Positions 1 through 9,356 of a DNA stretch of 64,000 nt are shown piece by piece (positions within the stretch are counted from its first letter, which is position 1; the number at the start of each line of letters is the position of its first letter). The notes beneath the pieces were generated by a model. It searched no databases and was not told the DNA's origin. It saw nothing but the letters and a program-made list of their open reading frames with translations. This stretch comes from a virus. Lineage: Duplodnaviria; Caudoviricetes. The position numbers were made by a program, and so were the translations under genes. The DNA lies in the IMG/VR virus record IMGVR_UViG_2974778117_000001, positions 32,001-96,000 of that record; one strand, 5' to 3'.

Positions 1-13
1 AAACTTCTACTCC

Positions 14-319
14 GTGGAGACTTACGAGAAGTACCACAAGTATGAAGAGATCCGTGCCATCGAAGAGATGGTCAATTCCTGCATTCAGGGTCGAGCTGAG
101 TTCAAGGTTCCGATCAAGCTGCATCGGATCATCACACAGTGGGCAGCGGCAGAAGCTAAGGATCCGTATGAAGATGACCCGCTGGAACAGCTGCTGAAGC
201 GCTGGCGAGAAATCGGAGAGACTCACGGTGTGCGAGAGTTCACCGGCAATGATCACTTCCTGTTTGCCAATGAACTCAGGGTCGCGATGACCAAGGCGAG
301 GCATCCGAATGTCCGTTGA
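14..319 (+). CDS. hypothetical protein (probably truncated at the window edge)
   Basis: ORF with phage-like codon usage, overlapping the next ORF; no recognisable motif. Confidence 0.55.
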   Translation: METYEKYHKYEEIRAIEEMVNSCIQGRAEFKVPIKLHRIITQWAAAEAKDPYEDDPLEQLLKRWREIGETHGVREFTGNDHFLFANELRVAMTKARHPNVR

Positions 320-569
320 TGCGCATCATGAACCAGCATACAGCGCCTGTATCGGCGCTTGTGCCTGGAGTGTTGGTGAGTCCCTGGACGACTTGGACGG
401 CTACATCATCAAATCGCCGAATAGCTCAATCGAGTCGGCGAAGTGTGGCTGGCGGGACATTGACCGCGATTACAAATGGTGGTGTCTGATCGACCAGCAG
501 CGTATCAAGAACGAGAGCAAACAGCTCAAGCGGTGGACGCTATCTGACTTCGATCCTGCCATCCAATGA
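309..569 (+). CDS. hypothetical protein
   Basis: 86-aa ORF overlapping the previous gene. Confidence 0.45.
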   Translation: MSVDAHHEPAYSACIGACAWSVGESLDDLDGYIIKSPNSSIESAKCGWRDIDRDYKWWCLIDQQRIKNESKQLKRWTLSDFDPAIQ

Positions 570-995
570 CCAGGTAGGGGAAGTGCTTGCCGTTGATGTT
601 CTCGTTGTAGTACAAGCGTTCACCGTTTGCGTCTACAGCTTCCAGAACATCACGCTTCCACTGTTCTCTGATTTCACAAAAGTTGACATCACGCTTTAGC
701 TGATGCAAAGAGAGGATCTCGCGCTTGAAGCGTTGAGGTCCTTCTTCTTTGACGAGCTGCTTGATCTCGTCATTTGAACCGAAGTACTTCTCCCAATCCG
801 ACACGATCTTAGATCGCCGCTTGGCGCCCTTGGCCTTGCGCATGCCACCGAAGAACTTCTTCCCGATGTACATCTTGCCATTGACCCGATCTGTGATCAG
901 GTAGACAAATCCTTCCAGCTTCCCTACCATCTCCTGGGTGAACGGTTTGCCGTTGAAGGTCCAGGGTTCCAGTTCTACTTGCTTCTTGCGCGCAT
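526..995 (-). CDS. GIY-YIG family nuclease (Seg-like, stand-alone)
   Basis: GFVYLITDRVNGKMYIGKK, W..YFGS and YYNENI motifs; frame is open upstream of 930 (WTFNGKPF), and the start near 995 seems to have lost a base. Confidence 0.8.
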
Positions 996-1029
996 TGGTC
1001 TAGTCTCAGTCCAGATTTGAGATGAAAAC

Positions 1030-1075
1030 GCTAACCCCTTGACCTATAAGGAGAAAAGTCGGTCAAGGGGTTAGC
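1030..1075. repeat. 15-bp perfect inverted repeat / probable terminator downstream of gp54
   Basis: GCTAACCCCTTGACC (1030-1044) and GGTCAAGGGGTTAGC (1061-1075); short U-tract follows on the minus strand. Confidence 0.7.
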
Positions 1076-1695
1076 CGTAACTTATTGATTCTATTACGAA
1101 AGGCTAGCCGGGCGCTACCGCTAGCATCTGCGTTCCACTGGCGGAAGCCCATCGTGACCGTGATCGTCTGGAAGTTGTTCATCTGGCTGTAGCTCAGATC
1201 GAGCGCGCCCACGTTCATGGGCCATGCGTCTACCAGCGTCACGGAGTATTTATCTCGCATCGTGTCATCCAGCGTGACGATCTTGATGTCTGAGACGTAC
1301 TCATTCCAGAAGTTCATTGTGTTGCTGGTCGTGTTCGTGACCGTGTTCTGCCATAGGTCAAAGAACTGTCGGCTGTCGGCTCGGCTGTCAGCGTAGAAGC
1401 TGAAGGTCACCGGATCATACAGCGAGCCAACCGGAACACGGAACGGAGCACCATTCATGACCGTCTCAATGGTCTGCATTGAGCGCTGCGGTAGCGTTGC
1501 CGTGTGACACTTGATCGACACCGATTGTGCGTTTTCGTTGTTGAATCGTCGGATGTTCGCTGTGTCCGACCAAGCGTGAGTGCGCACGCCTGCATTAACC
1601 GGCAAGCCTTGCGGGAGATTGAACTCCACGCGGTACTTGTTTGGCTTCATCATCCCATGTGTGAAATGGGACAGGAACTCTTCATACAGAGCCAT
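1063..1695 (-). CDS. gp54: baseplate tail-tube initiator (T4 gp54-like)
   Basis: G..KPNKYRVEF, C..ATLP, Y..VTFSFY, WQ, L.DAWP..VGAL.LS tube-fold motifs; synteny with gp2/gp4; start MALYEEF at 1695. Confidence 0.8.
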   Translation of the reverse strand: MALYEEFLSHFTHGMMKPNKYRVEFNLPQGLPVNAGVRTHAWSDTANIRRFNNENAQSVSIKCHTATLPQRSMQTIETVMNGAPFRVPVGSLYDPVTFSFYADSRADSRQFFDLWQNTVTNTTSNTMNFWNEYVSDIKIVTLDDTMRDKYSVTLVDAWPMNVGALDLSYSQMNNFQTITVTMGFRQWNADASGSARLAFRNRINKLRLTP

Positions 1696-2366
1696 TAGAC
1701 CTTCTTCCTCGATCTGCGTGTCTTCGGACGAGTAGCCGCCCAGACTTGTGATGCTCTTGCCTTCTTGAACTGCTGCAGCGGGAGAAGAGCGACATTGTCC
1801 CAATACATGCGGTCAATTCGGATGACCGGTGTGGTCACGTGACCAGCGAGGTAGCGCTTGATACATGGCGCGACCAACGGATGAACTGCCAAGCCCTTCA
1901 GCATCCCGTAAGAGAGCTTCATGTATGCTCGATCATCACCTGCGCGCCTGCGATACGTCATCAGCGTGTCTAGAAGCTTAGCCCGGAGGATTGGCGGCAG
2001 GTAGTGGAGGTTCAGCCCCAGCCAGCCGTCCGGATAGAACTCAATCGGGATCACGCAAGGCAGCGTATCGTACCAAGGCAGCGTGTCCTTGTGCTTCGGA
2101 TCGTATCCGTACACGAACATACCGCCGATGAACACGTTGCGTCCACGACGAGGTGCGAACGCTTGGTCTGGAACGTTGCCGCGCTTGATCTTGGAACCGA
2201 CCAGATCGTAGAACCACTTCAGCGCCTTTGCGTCTGCGCCACGTTCTGCCGACTTTACCTTTGCCTCAATGGTTGCCTTCTTGGTGAGCTGTGTCTGCTC
2301 AGTCGAGGTGCCGGGCTTTACCTGGACCTTGCGACGGGTTGGATTGATCTTGACGGTTGCCATCAC
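1695..2366 (-). CDS. gp2: DNA end protector protein
   Basis: Y.YDPKHKDTLPWYD..P, GLNLHYLPP.LR and CIKRYL..HV motifs. Confidence 0.92.
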   Translation of the reverse strand: MMATVKINPTRRKVQVKPGTSTEQTQLTKKATIEAKVKSAERGADAKALKWFYDLVGSKIKRGNVPDQAFAPRRGRNVFIGGMFVYGYDPKHKDTLPWYDTLPCVIPIEFYPDGWLGLNLHYLPPILRAKLLDTLMTYRRRAGDDRAYMKLSYGMLKGLAVHPLVAPCIKRYLAGHVTTPVIRIDRMYWDNVALLPLQQFKKARASQVWAATRPKTRRSRKKV

Positions 2367-2854
2367 TTCTTCCTCTTTGCGATTCCTAGATCATACTCTG
2401 TCAAGACCCGGAAGGTAGCTCCGATGCTCTTTGCATACTCGGTTGCGTGCTTCCATTTGTCCTGATTCACCTGGTAAGTGTGTAGCGCGTTCAGGTATCG
2501 CTGTTCGTTCTTGCCCCGGCGTGGTGGTCTCGTTTCGCCGTCTGGCTTGATCTCGACTAGCATCGTCTGGATGCCGTCATGGGTTTGGAACTGGACGATG
2601 AAGTCAAGGTAGTAACGCCTGTGCTTACCGTCCGCCTGTGAGAAGTAGGGGATGATCAAGCCTTCGCTGTTCCACTTGACAACTGATGGATTCATATCAC
2701 ACCAGCGCATGAACTTCAGCTCCCAGCTCGATCTGTAGGTGATCTCCGTGAGCTTGCCGATGTACTTATGGCGGTTATGTGGAACGAACTGCCCTTGCTT
2801 GAACTTGACTTTCGCGCCGGGCTTGCGATCCATGGGTTTGATATGTTGGCTCAT
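2363..2854 (-). CDS. gp4: head completion nuclease (TnsA-like)
   Basis: YRSSWE..FM.WCD.NP.V..W.SE, HRRYYLDF, LVEIKP, N..KW..A motifs. Confidence 0.93.
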   Translation of the reverse strand: MSQHIKPMDRKPGAKVKFKQGQFVPHNRHKYIGKLTEITYRSSWELKFMRWCDMNPSVVKWNSEGLIIPYFSQADGKHRRYYLDFIVQFQTHDGIQTMLVEIKPDGETRPPRRGKNEQRYLNALHTYQVNQDKWKHATEYAKSIGATFRVLTEYDLGIAKRKK

Positions 2855-2860
2855 CGCATG

Positions 2861-2887
2861 TAAATAGTTGTATCCTCTATCTATTTA
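2861..2887. promoter_or_regulatory. divergent pair of T4-type late promoters (TAAATA)
   Basis: TAAATA on + at 2861-2866 and on - at 2882-2887, between divergent gp4 and gp48. Confidence 0.7.
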
Positions 2888-2895
2888 AGGGCGTC

Positions 2896-3686
2896 ATGGC
2901 AGACCTTGTATACCCAAAGAGCCTGCGAGATCCAGACGCGAACCCGGGCTGGATCCAATTCAACTTCTTCGAGCGCGACAGTCCGAAGGAGTCGAGCCCT
3001 ATCGACAAGATTGCGCTGTATATGCCTGAGTCGATCAGTCAGCCGTCCACAGTTTCGTGGGACAGCGAGAAGTTCGGCTTCATCGGCAATGCGGTAGCGG
3101 CGGGTGCAGCAGCCTTCAATCGTGATCGCTCGCTGGGTGGAGCAATGCAGGCAGCCCAAACAGCCTTCGGTCAAATGGAAGGCGGTTCAGATGTGCTGAT
3201 GGCTCGCGCTATGGCGAACCTGGGTTCCGCGGCGGTTGGCTTGATGGGTGGCAATGTGTCAGCTGAAGGCTTGATGGGCGCAGTCGCTGGCAAGATCTTC
3301 AATCCATACATGACGATGGTGTTCCGCGGTATCGACTTCCGCAACTTCGCATTCACCTTCAAGTTCGTACCGTTCAGCGAGAAGGATTGCGACACCATTG
3401 ATGAGATCGTGAAGACGTTCCGCAAGAACCAGCTGCCTGAGTGGGAATCGGGACGCACCTTCCTCGGCTATCCGAACGAGTGTCAGATCAGCTACAAGTG
3501 GAAGGACCAGGACAACAAGTGGTTGCACAAATTCAAGCGTGCGGTATGCACAGCCGTTGACGTTGACTACACGCCTGCTGGCGGTTTCAACTCGATGCGC
3601 AATGGTATGCCGGCAGCCATCACCGTTTCGACCAAGTGGAACGAGATCGACTGGTGACACGCAAGGACGTAGACGAGGGCTTCTGA
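2896..3686 (+). CDS. gp48: baseplate tail-tube cap (frameshift near 3652)
   Basis: IALYMP, NPY..MVF.G..FR.F.F.FKF.P.S motifs; repaired C-terminus ...TRKDVDEGF* overlaps the gp53 ATG. Confidence 0.85.
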
Positions 3687-4225
3687 TGGGCTTCTTCAAC
3701 AAATTCGGAACCGTCAACTATTCTCTTGACGGTTACAACAAGGATGCGATGAACATCATCACCGCCGCGATTGTCAAGCGGCTGCGTGTCGATGAATCGT
3801 ATGTCCACATGCGTTACACCATCTCCGATGGCGAGATCCCGGAAGGTGTAGCCAATGAGCTTTACAAGGATCCGCAGCTTTACTGGACGATCCTTCTGGT
3901 CAACGCAATCGTCAATCCATTCCTAGAATGGCCCGTCAGCACCGATGTGCTTGAGGACATTGTCAAGGCCAAGTACGGCAACGTCAACAAGATCGTCGCT
4001 TGGCAGAACAACACGACTGGACTCTACTACGATGACGTAGACAGTGCAAAGTGGCAGGCGATGGTCGACAACGGACAGCAGCTTCCCATGGCGGTCCATC
4101 CCGTCACGGCATTGGCTTGGGAGAATGATCTCAATACCAAGCGTTCTCAGATCGTGGTGGTAGATCCAAAGTATATCAATCTTTTCGTAGACATGTTCAA
4201 CAAGGTAGTGGAAGGCACTCAATGA
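3686..4225 (+). CDS. gp53: baseplate wedge subunit
   Basis: MGFFNKF, Y.I.DGE.PE.VA..LY.DP.LYW.ILLVN..VNPF.EWP. Confidence 0.9.
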   Translation: MGFFNKFGTVNYSLDGYNKDAMNIITAAIVKRLRVDESYVHMRYTISDGEIPEGVANELYKDPQLYWTILLVNAIVNPFLEWPVSTDVLEDIVKAKYGNVNKIVAWQNNTTGLYYDDVDSAKWQAMVDNGQQLPMAVHPVTALAWENDLNTKRSQIVVVDPKYINLFVDMFNKVVEGTQ

Positions 4226-5447
4226 TCATTGATCGCGGCTCAACTTCGGAGACATGAAGAAGTTCATCGTCCGCATCAATGATATGGACGTGACTGAAGC
4301 TGTCGTCTCCGCTCATGTGTTCCAAGACGTGCTGGCGCTGACCAACACCTGTGTCGTCAACTTCAACGACACGAACAACCTCCTGATGAACATCCCGATC
4401 CGAGCTGGTGCTAAGCTGGAGATTGAAGTTCAGACTGACCTTGACTCTATCGGCGATGGCGAGCAGTATTGGTCTTTCGTCATCTATCGCATCGGCGAGA
4501 AGCAGATGCTGAACAACAAGCAGCAGGCTTATGCCGCGTTCGCCGCTGATGAGCGATTCTTGTTGAACCAGACCAAGCGTGTGCACAAAGCGTACACCAA
4601 ACAATCGACTTCACAGATTGCCGTGAACATCTTCAAAGAGTATCTGGGAGGCGGTCTCAAAGACGTTGATCCGACCGATCATGCTATCGACGTGATTGTG
4701 CCGGCGTGGACTCCGTTCTATGCTCTGAACTGGTTGCTACGTTCCAGCATGCGTAATGACGCGGCTGACTATGTCCTGTTCCAGAAGCACGACGGCTCGT
4801 TCGCTATGAAGTCGTTTGAGAACATGTACAGCAATCCGGCTGAGTCGAGCGGTATCACGTTCCAGGTGCAGGCAACCAACCTCCGCCAGAACGGTGAGGT
4901 GACCTACGATTACGCCACCGGCATCACAGCTTACCACTTCGAGCACTTCGACGCTTTGTCGAATCTCGCGGCTGGCTACTATCAGAGCCAGACAGCCAGC
5001 TATGACTTCATCAACAAGACGTGGAGCAAGGCTGACTTCAAGTTTGGCGACGACAACGCTGCCGACAAGAAGCGCCTCAAGCTCGACAATGACGTATTCA
5101 TGTCTGGCGAAGGTGTGAACATCACCTTCCGCCCGAAGATGCCTGGGCTGACTGCCAACGGCAACTATCTGGATTCGGTCGATAAGTGGCAAGGCAGCCG
5201 TAAGTCAAGCATGATGAAGTTTGAGCAAGAGAAGCTGGTCATTCAGATTCCGGGCTCTTGCGCAGCCAGTAAATGGTTTGGTAAGAACTGCATCGTTGAC
5301 TTGCCGTCTCAGGATTGGCAGTCAGATGAGCTGTACGATAAGCAGAGACGTGGCACATACTTGATCACGGCAATGGCACACATGTACAACAAGGACGCCT
5401 ACATGATCAACGCTGAACTTGTTAAGAAGAGACTTGAGAATGACTGA
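4222..5447 (+). CDS. baseplate hub protein (gp27-like; frameshift near 4240)
   Basis: ~400 aa between gp53 and gp5; IVP.WTPF.A..WL and G.YLITA..H hub motifs. Confidence 0.7.
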
Positions 5448-7100
5448 TCAGATTCATGGCGTGGACTATGGCGCTTACAAGTGGTGGGTGGGTTCGGTTG
5501 AGGATCGTGATGATCCTCTGAAGATCGGTCGCGTTCGTGTCCGAATCAACGGCTATCATCCAGATGACAAGGGTTTGGTGCCGACTGAGGCGTTGCCTTG
5601 GGCTATCACGATCAACCCGATCACCGATGCAGGACAGAAGGGTGTCGGTATGGCGCCAGTCGGTCTGCAGGTCGGGTCGCAAGTTACGGGTTTCTTCCTC
5701 GACGGAGAGAACGCTCAGATGCCTGCAGTCACTGGTGTGCTTGTCGGCGCTCCGAACGGTCGACCAGACACAAACCGACTGACACGCGGCGAAGAGATCA
5801 GCCAGACCATTGTCGAGGCAAAGAACAAGAATCGCCTGATCTCGCTGCCCTTGAGTTTGTCGAGCAGCCTCAGTTCCATCGCCAACATCCAGCAGAACAT
5901 CCAGGCTCAGGTCTCGAGCGTGACGAATCAGATGGCGCGCATCAAGAAGATGGGTGATCAGCTGAAGAATGCCAAGCTTACCATCCCGGGAATTCAGATC
6001 CCTGACATCTCGGCGGCGATCCAAGGTGTCAATGGACAGTTCCAAGGCTTGCGCGGCAATCTGCAATCCCTGAACTCTGCAGCGAACGGTGTCAAGACGG
6101 CAAGCGACAATGTCGTGAACGTCATCACCGACAACATCGCTCAGGTCTATCAGGAAGCCCAGAACATCAACAACGCGGCTTCACAGCTGGGTGGTGTCCA
6201 GAATGACATCAGGTCGCAGATCCTCCGCTTGCAGGGTGGCATGGCTGAGGTGACAAGCCAGGTAGACAATCAGGTTGAGGCACTGACCGACATTCCCAAG
6301 TCTGCAATGGCTGGAATCGACAATGCCGTCGGCGCTGCTGATCGTGCTGTCGGCTCGGTGATGAATGGTCTGAACGGTATCACTGGGAACATCACAGGAA
6401 CGCTCGATCAGCTGAAGAGCCTCGACAAGCTCCGCAGTCTGAACCCTGGCATCGGCATCCCGGATGTGTCGAATCTGATCGGCTCGTTCAATCAGCTGAC
6501 CAATGCCTTTGACGCAATCGGCAATCTGTCCGGCGCGATGAACAGCCTCAACCAGATCGTGGGCGTGATCGGTAAGATCAAGGGTCTGTCCATGGTGATC
6601 CCGAACGCCGCTACCATCATGGGCGCGATCACCGCATTGCAGGCTGGTCCGCTGAGCAACATGTTCATGCAGCCGTTGTCGCCGGCTAATCCGGAATATC
6701 CGTTCAACAAGGTGTTCGAGACGGAAGGCGGTCACGTTGAAGAGTTCGATGACACGCCAGGCTCTGAGCGCTACCAGCGATACCATCCCAGCGGCACCTT
6801 TGTGGAGGATCACCCGGACGGTACACGGTCTGAGAAGGTTGTCAAGGACCGCTACACGGTCATCATGGGCGACGACAGCATCCATGTGCAGGGCAATGTG
6901 AAGGTAAATATCATTGGCAACGCGGATGTTGTAGTGGTTGGCAACGCGACGACTCAAGTCAACGGCAACAAGATTGACATCGTCAAGGGCGACTACTCGC
7001 TGATGGTTGGCGGCAACATGAGCACCGCGGTTGGTCTCATGCGAACCGATGGCGCGGGCGTAATGCACAAAGTGACCGCACCTCAAATTGGCTCAATTAA
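5440..7100 (+). CDS. gp5: baseplate central spike (gp5 OB-fold plus beta-helix, no lysozyme domain)
   Basis: WWVG.VEDRDDPLKIGRVRVR..G.H, LPWA, YPFNKV.ET.GGHV.EFDDTPGSER....HPSGTF and VxGN repeats; true stop TAA at 7098-7100 after one missing base. Confidence 0.9.
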
Positions 7101-7110
7101 GGAGAGGCGA

Positions 7111-7554
7111 ATGCCTAGCTCAACTGCTTCCAAGAAGCAACACGAAGATCTGATGAACTGGTACCTGAAGGGCGTGGATTTCACTCCGTCAGCTAACCTG
7201 TGGGTGGCTCTGTACGTCACCGCTCCTGCTACCGATGGTACAGGCGGCGTTGAGGTGAACAGCAGCCTTGGCTATTCACGAATTGCAATCCCTCGAGCGC
7301 AGGGCGCGGGCTCGTCCCAAGGTTGGCAAGGACCAACCGGCGTCAACTACGAGTACAGCAACTTCCTAGAAATCGTGTTCGGTGCGCCGACCGGCAACTG
7401 GGGCACAATCGTAGGTGCAGCGCTGATGGATGCTCAGACAGGTGGCAACCTGCGATACTGGGCGGCGCTGACGACGCCCAAGACCGTGAACAACGGCGAC
7501 GGTGCGCCTCGCATCCTGGCAGGTCAGCTCAAGATTCAGCGTGCAACATGCTGA
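7111..7554 (+). CDS. small tail/fibre-associated structural protein
   Basis: own SD (GGAGAGG) before ATG 7111; LWVALY.TAP...G.GGVEV...GY.R, F..PTGNWGT......DA..GGNL is a common phage tail-protein pattern. Confidence 0.7.
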   Translation: MPSSTASKKQHEDLMNWYLKGVDFTPSANLWVALYVTAPATDGTGGVEVNSSLGYSRIAIPRAQGAGSSQGWQGPTGVNYEYSNFLEIVFGAPTGNWGTIVGAALMDAQTGGNLRYWAALTTPKTVNNGDGAPRILAGQLKIQRATC

Positions 7555-7557
7555 TGT

Positions 7558-7818
7558 CTACTGAGACGATCTAATCAAAGAGAAACCCCGGTCAAGCCGG
7601 GGTTTTCTTTTTCCGATACGAAACTGGGGAACCGGAAGACCTTCCACTCTCCAGAGGTCAAGAGGGTCGATGACCCTCTCTTCCGTCTTCGAGAACTTGA
7701 CGCCCTTGTGCATGTTCCGGACGACTTTCTTGGTTTCCTTCTCGGCGTCCTTGTCCTTGACGATGTGAACCTCTCGTCTACCTTCGGGCGTGGTCGAGAC
7801 GAAACTCAGAAACTTCAT
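7558..7818 (-). CDS. hypothetical protein
   Basis: ORF coupled to the upstream gene by TGATG overlap; its C-terminus runs into the terminator. Confidence 0.6.
   Translation of the reverse strand: MKFLSFVSTTPEGRREVHIVKDKDAEKETKKVVRNMHKGVKFSKTEERVIDPLDLWRVEGLPVPQFRIGKRKPRLDRGFSLIRSSQ
7581..7612. terminator. bidirectional intrinsic terminator
   Basis: AAACCCCGG-TCAAG-CCGGGGTTT with T-tract downstream and A-rich sequence upstream, between convergent genes. Confidence 0.8.
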
Positions 7819-8657
7819 CAGTGCCCCTTCACGATGAAGCTGACGAGCTCCTTCGCCTGGGGCACGATAAGGTCCGGGTTGTTGCCGGCGCGAACCAGGG
7901 CGAAGATCACTTCAGCGCGCAGTTCGCGATCACCCACAATCTCCGATTCCTTCTCAGGGGTAGTGACTGGAGGATCGGGAACGAAATCATTGCGCTTCAG
8001 GTTCGCCAGGGCCTTCTGTGCCAGCTCCAGATAGTCAAACGCTGACATCAGACCGGCACCCTCGGCGCTGAAGGAATCCACGAGATCCTCACAGCTCAGA
8101 CGACGCCACGGCTCAGCGGGCAGCCACTCTTCGCTGGTCCGATCCACGCTGAGCCGTGGCATACCTTCATACAAGCCGAGCTGGACGCGAGTGTGACCAT
8201 CTTCAGTCTCGTAGGCATCGAAGCCCATCCAGATCGGCTGTCCGTCACCGCCAGATCGTTCGATGAAGGTGTTGATCGCCTCGATGTCATTTTCCAGGTC
8301 GTGCAAAGGCTGCACCGACAGGAAGTTCTGGAAGATCACTTCACTCGCCGGGTACTTGGAAGGTGCTTTTCGTATCAGGTCGAAGACTGACTGGAGTTCG
8401 GCGCAAGACTGCTTCCAGCCCTTGGTGTCATCGACGGTGTAGGGTACGACACTGAACACATTCGCATCGAACAGCTCTTCATTCGAGTCGATCCTCGGAC
8501 GCTTCTCGAAGATGGTGACCGTACCATCCAGATCGACTGCGATGAACTTGGAAGTGGTAGAACCACTAGTGTTCTCGATTTCCGAAAGCAGATCAACGCC
8601 TCGCTCAGTTGCTTCCTTGATAACCTTGTTCCAGAACTTGTCGGACTTGATGCTCAT
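7818..8657 (-). CDS. hypothetical early protein
   Basis: 279-aa ORF; A.D.DG.V..F...P motif shared with the next gene. Confidence 0.75.
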   Translation of the reverse strand: MSIKSDKFWNKVIKEATERGVDLLSEIENTSGSTTSKFIAVDLDGTVTIFEKRPRIDSNEELFDANVFSVVPYTVDDTKGWKQSCAELQSVFDLIRKAPSKYPASEVIFQNFLSVQPLHDLENDIEAINTFIERSGGDGQPIWMGFDAYETEDGHTRVQLGLYEGMPRLSVDRTSEEWLPAEPWRRLSCEDLVDSFSAEGAGLMSAFDYLELAQKALANLKRNDFVPDPPVTTPEKESEIVGDRELRAEVIFALVRAGNNPDLIVPQAKELVSFIVKGH

Positions 8658-9112
8658 TGCGAAATCTCCTCTTTGATTGCCACCGCGATGGTAGCGATTG
8701 TGATCAGGGGTACATCAATGTTATGCTCGCGCAGCTGGTCACGCAGCACGGTCATGATACGCCACGATGCGTCTTGAACGGTCTGAGGTTCTTCATCTTC
8801 GCACAAGATCCACTTCAGCTCAGAGTTCATGAAGAGCAGGGTGGGCGACAGATCACCAGCTCTAGCTGGTGACTGGATGGCAGACCAGGAACGATGGAAT
8901 TGGAAATTGTCGTTCGACATCCACTCTTCACCGTCCCACACCGGACAGTGATTGAACAGATAGACACGACCGTTCGGGTCAATGGTGATGGCAACTACCC
9001 TGTTCGGATCGATGGTTTCTTGCCATTGGTCTTGTGCTTGATTCACACAGAATTTCAGGGACTCAGCCTCACGGCGAAGCCACTGTTTCCATTCATTACG
9101 GGTTAGAGCCAT
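8654..9112 (-). CDS. hypothetical early protein
   Basis: SD GAGGAGG before MALTRNEW; downstream of the sigma70 promoter at 9139-9167. Confidence 0.75.
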   Translation of the reverse strand: MALTRNEWKQWLRREAESLKFCVNQAQDQWQETIDPNRVVAITIDPNGRVYLFNHCPVWDGEEWMSNDNFQFHRSWSAIQSPARAGDLSPTLLFMNSELKWILCEDEEPQTVQDASWRIMTVLRDQLREHNIDVPLITIATIAVAIKEEISQ

Positions 9113-9138
9113 GATAACCTCCTCATTGTGGTTCATTG

Positions 9139-9167
9139 ATTGTAACGGCATGCTTCCTGGATGTCAA
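9139..9167 (-). promoter_or_regulatory. sigma70-type early promoter
   Basis: TTGACA-17-TACAAT. Confidence 0.8.
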
Positions 9168-9356
9168 GGGCTTGATCTTTTGACGCTCACGCTATAGTAT
9201 CCCTTTGTCCGCCAGGAGACTTCTAGGCTGCCCCCTTTTTACAAAAGAGGTGTAGTCGATCTGTCGCTTGCCCTACTGGTAGAAGCATTATAACGTCTGC
9301 TCTTTACAGCGGTCAAGGGGTCTGGATAAATACCTGGGACTTAAGAGGCACTATAC

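Noticed and set aside
5419-7554. 711-aa gp5 fused to a tail-fibre-like domain
   Set aside because: One missing base near 7092 hides the normal ...IGLN* end, and the downstream part has its own SD and ATG at 7111.
7818-8657. DLDGT read as HAD phosphatase motif I
   Set aside because: Other HAD motifs are not evident, and the context matches a small phage domain shared with the neighbouring gene.
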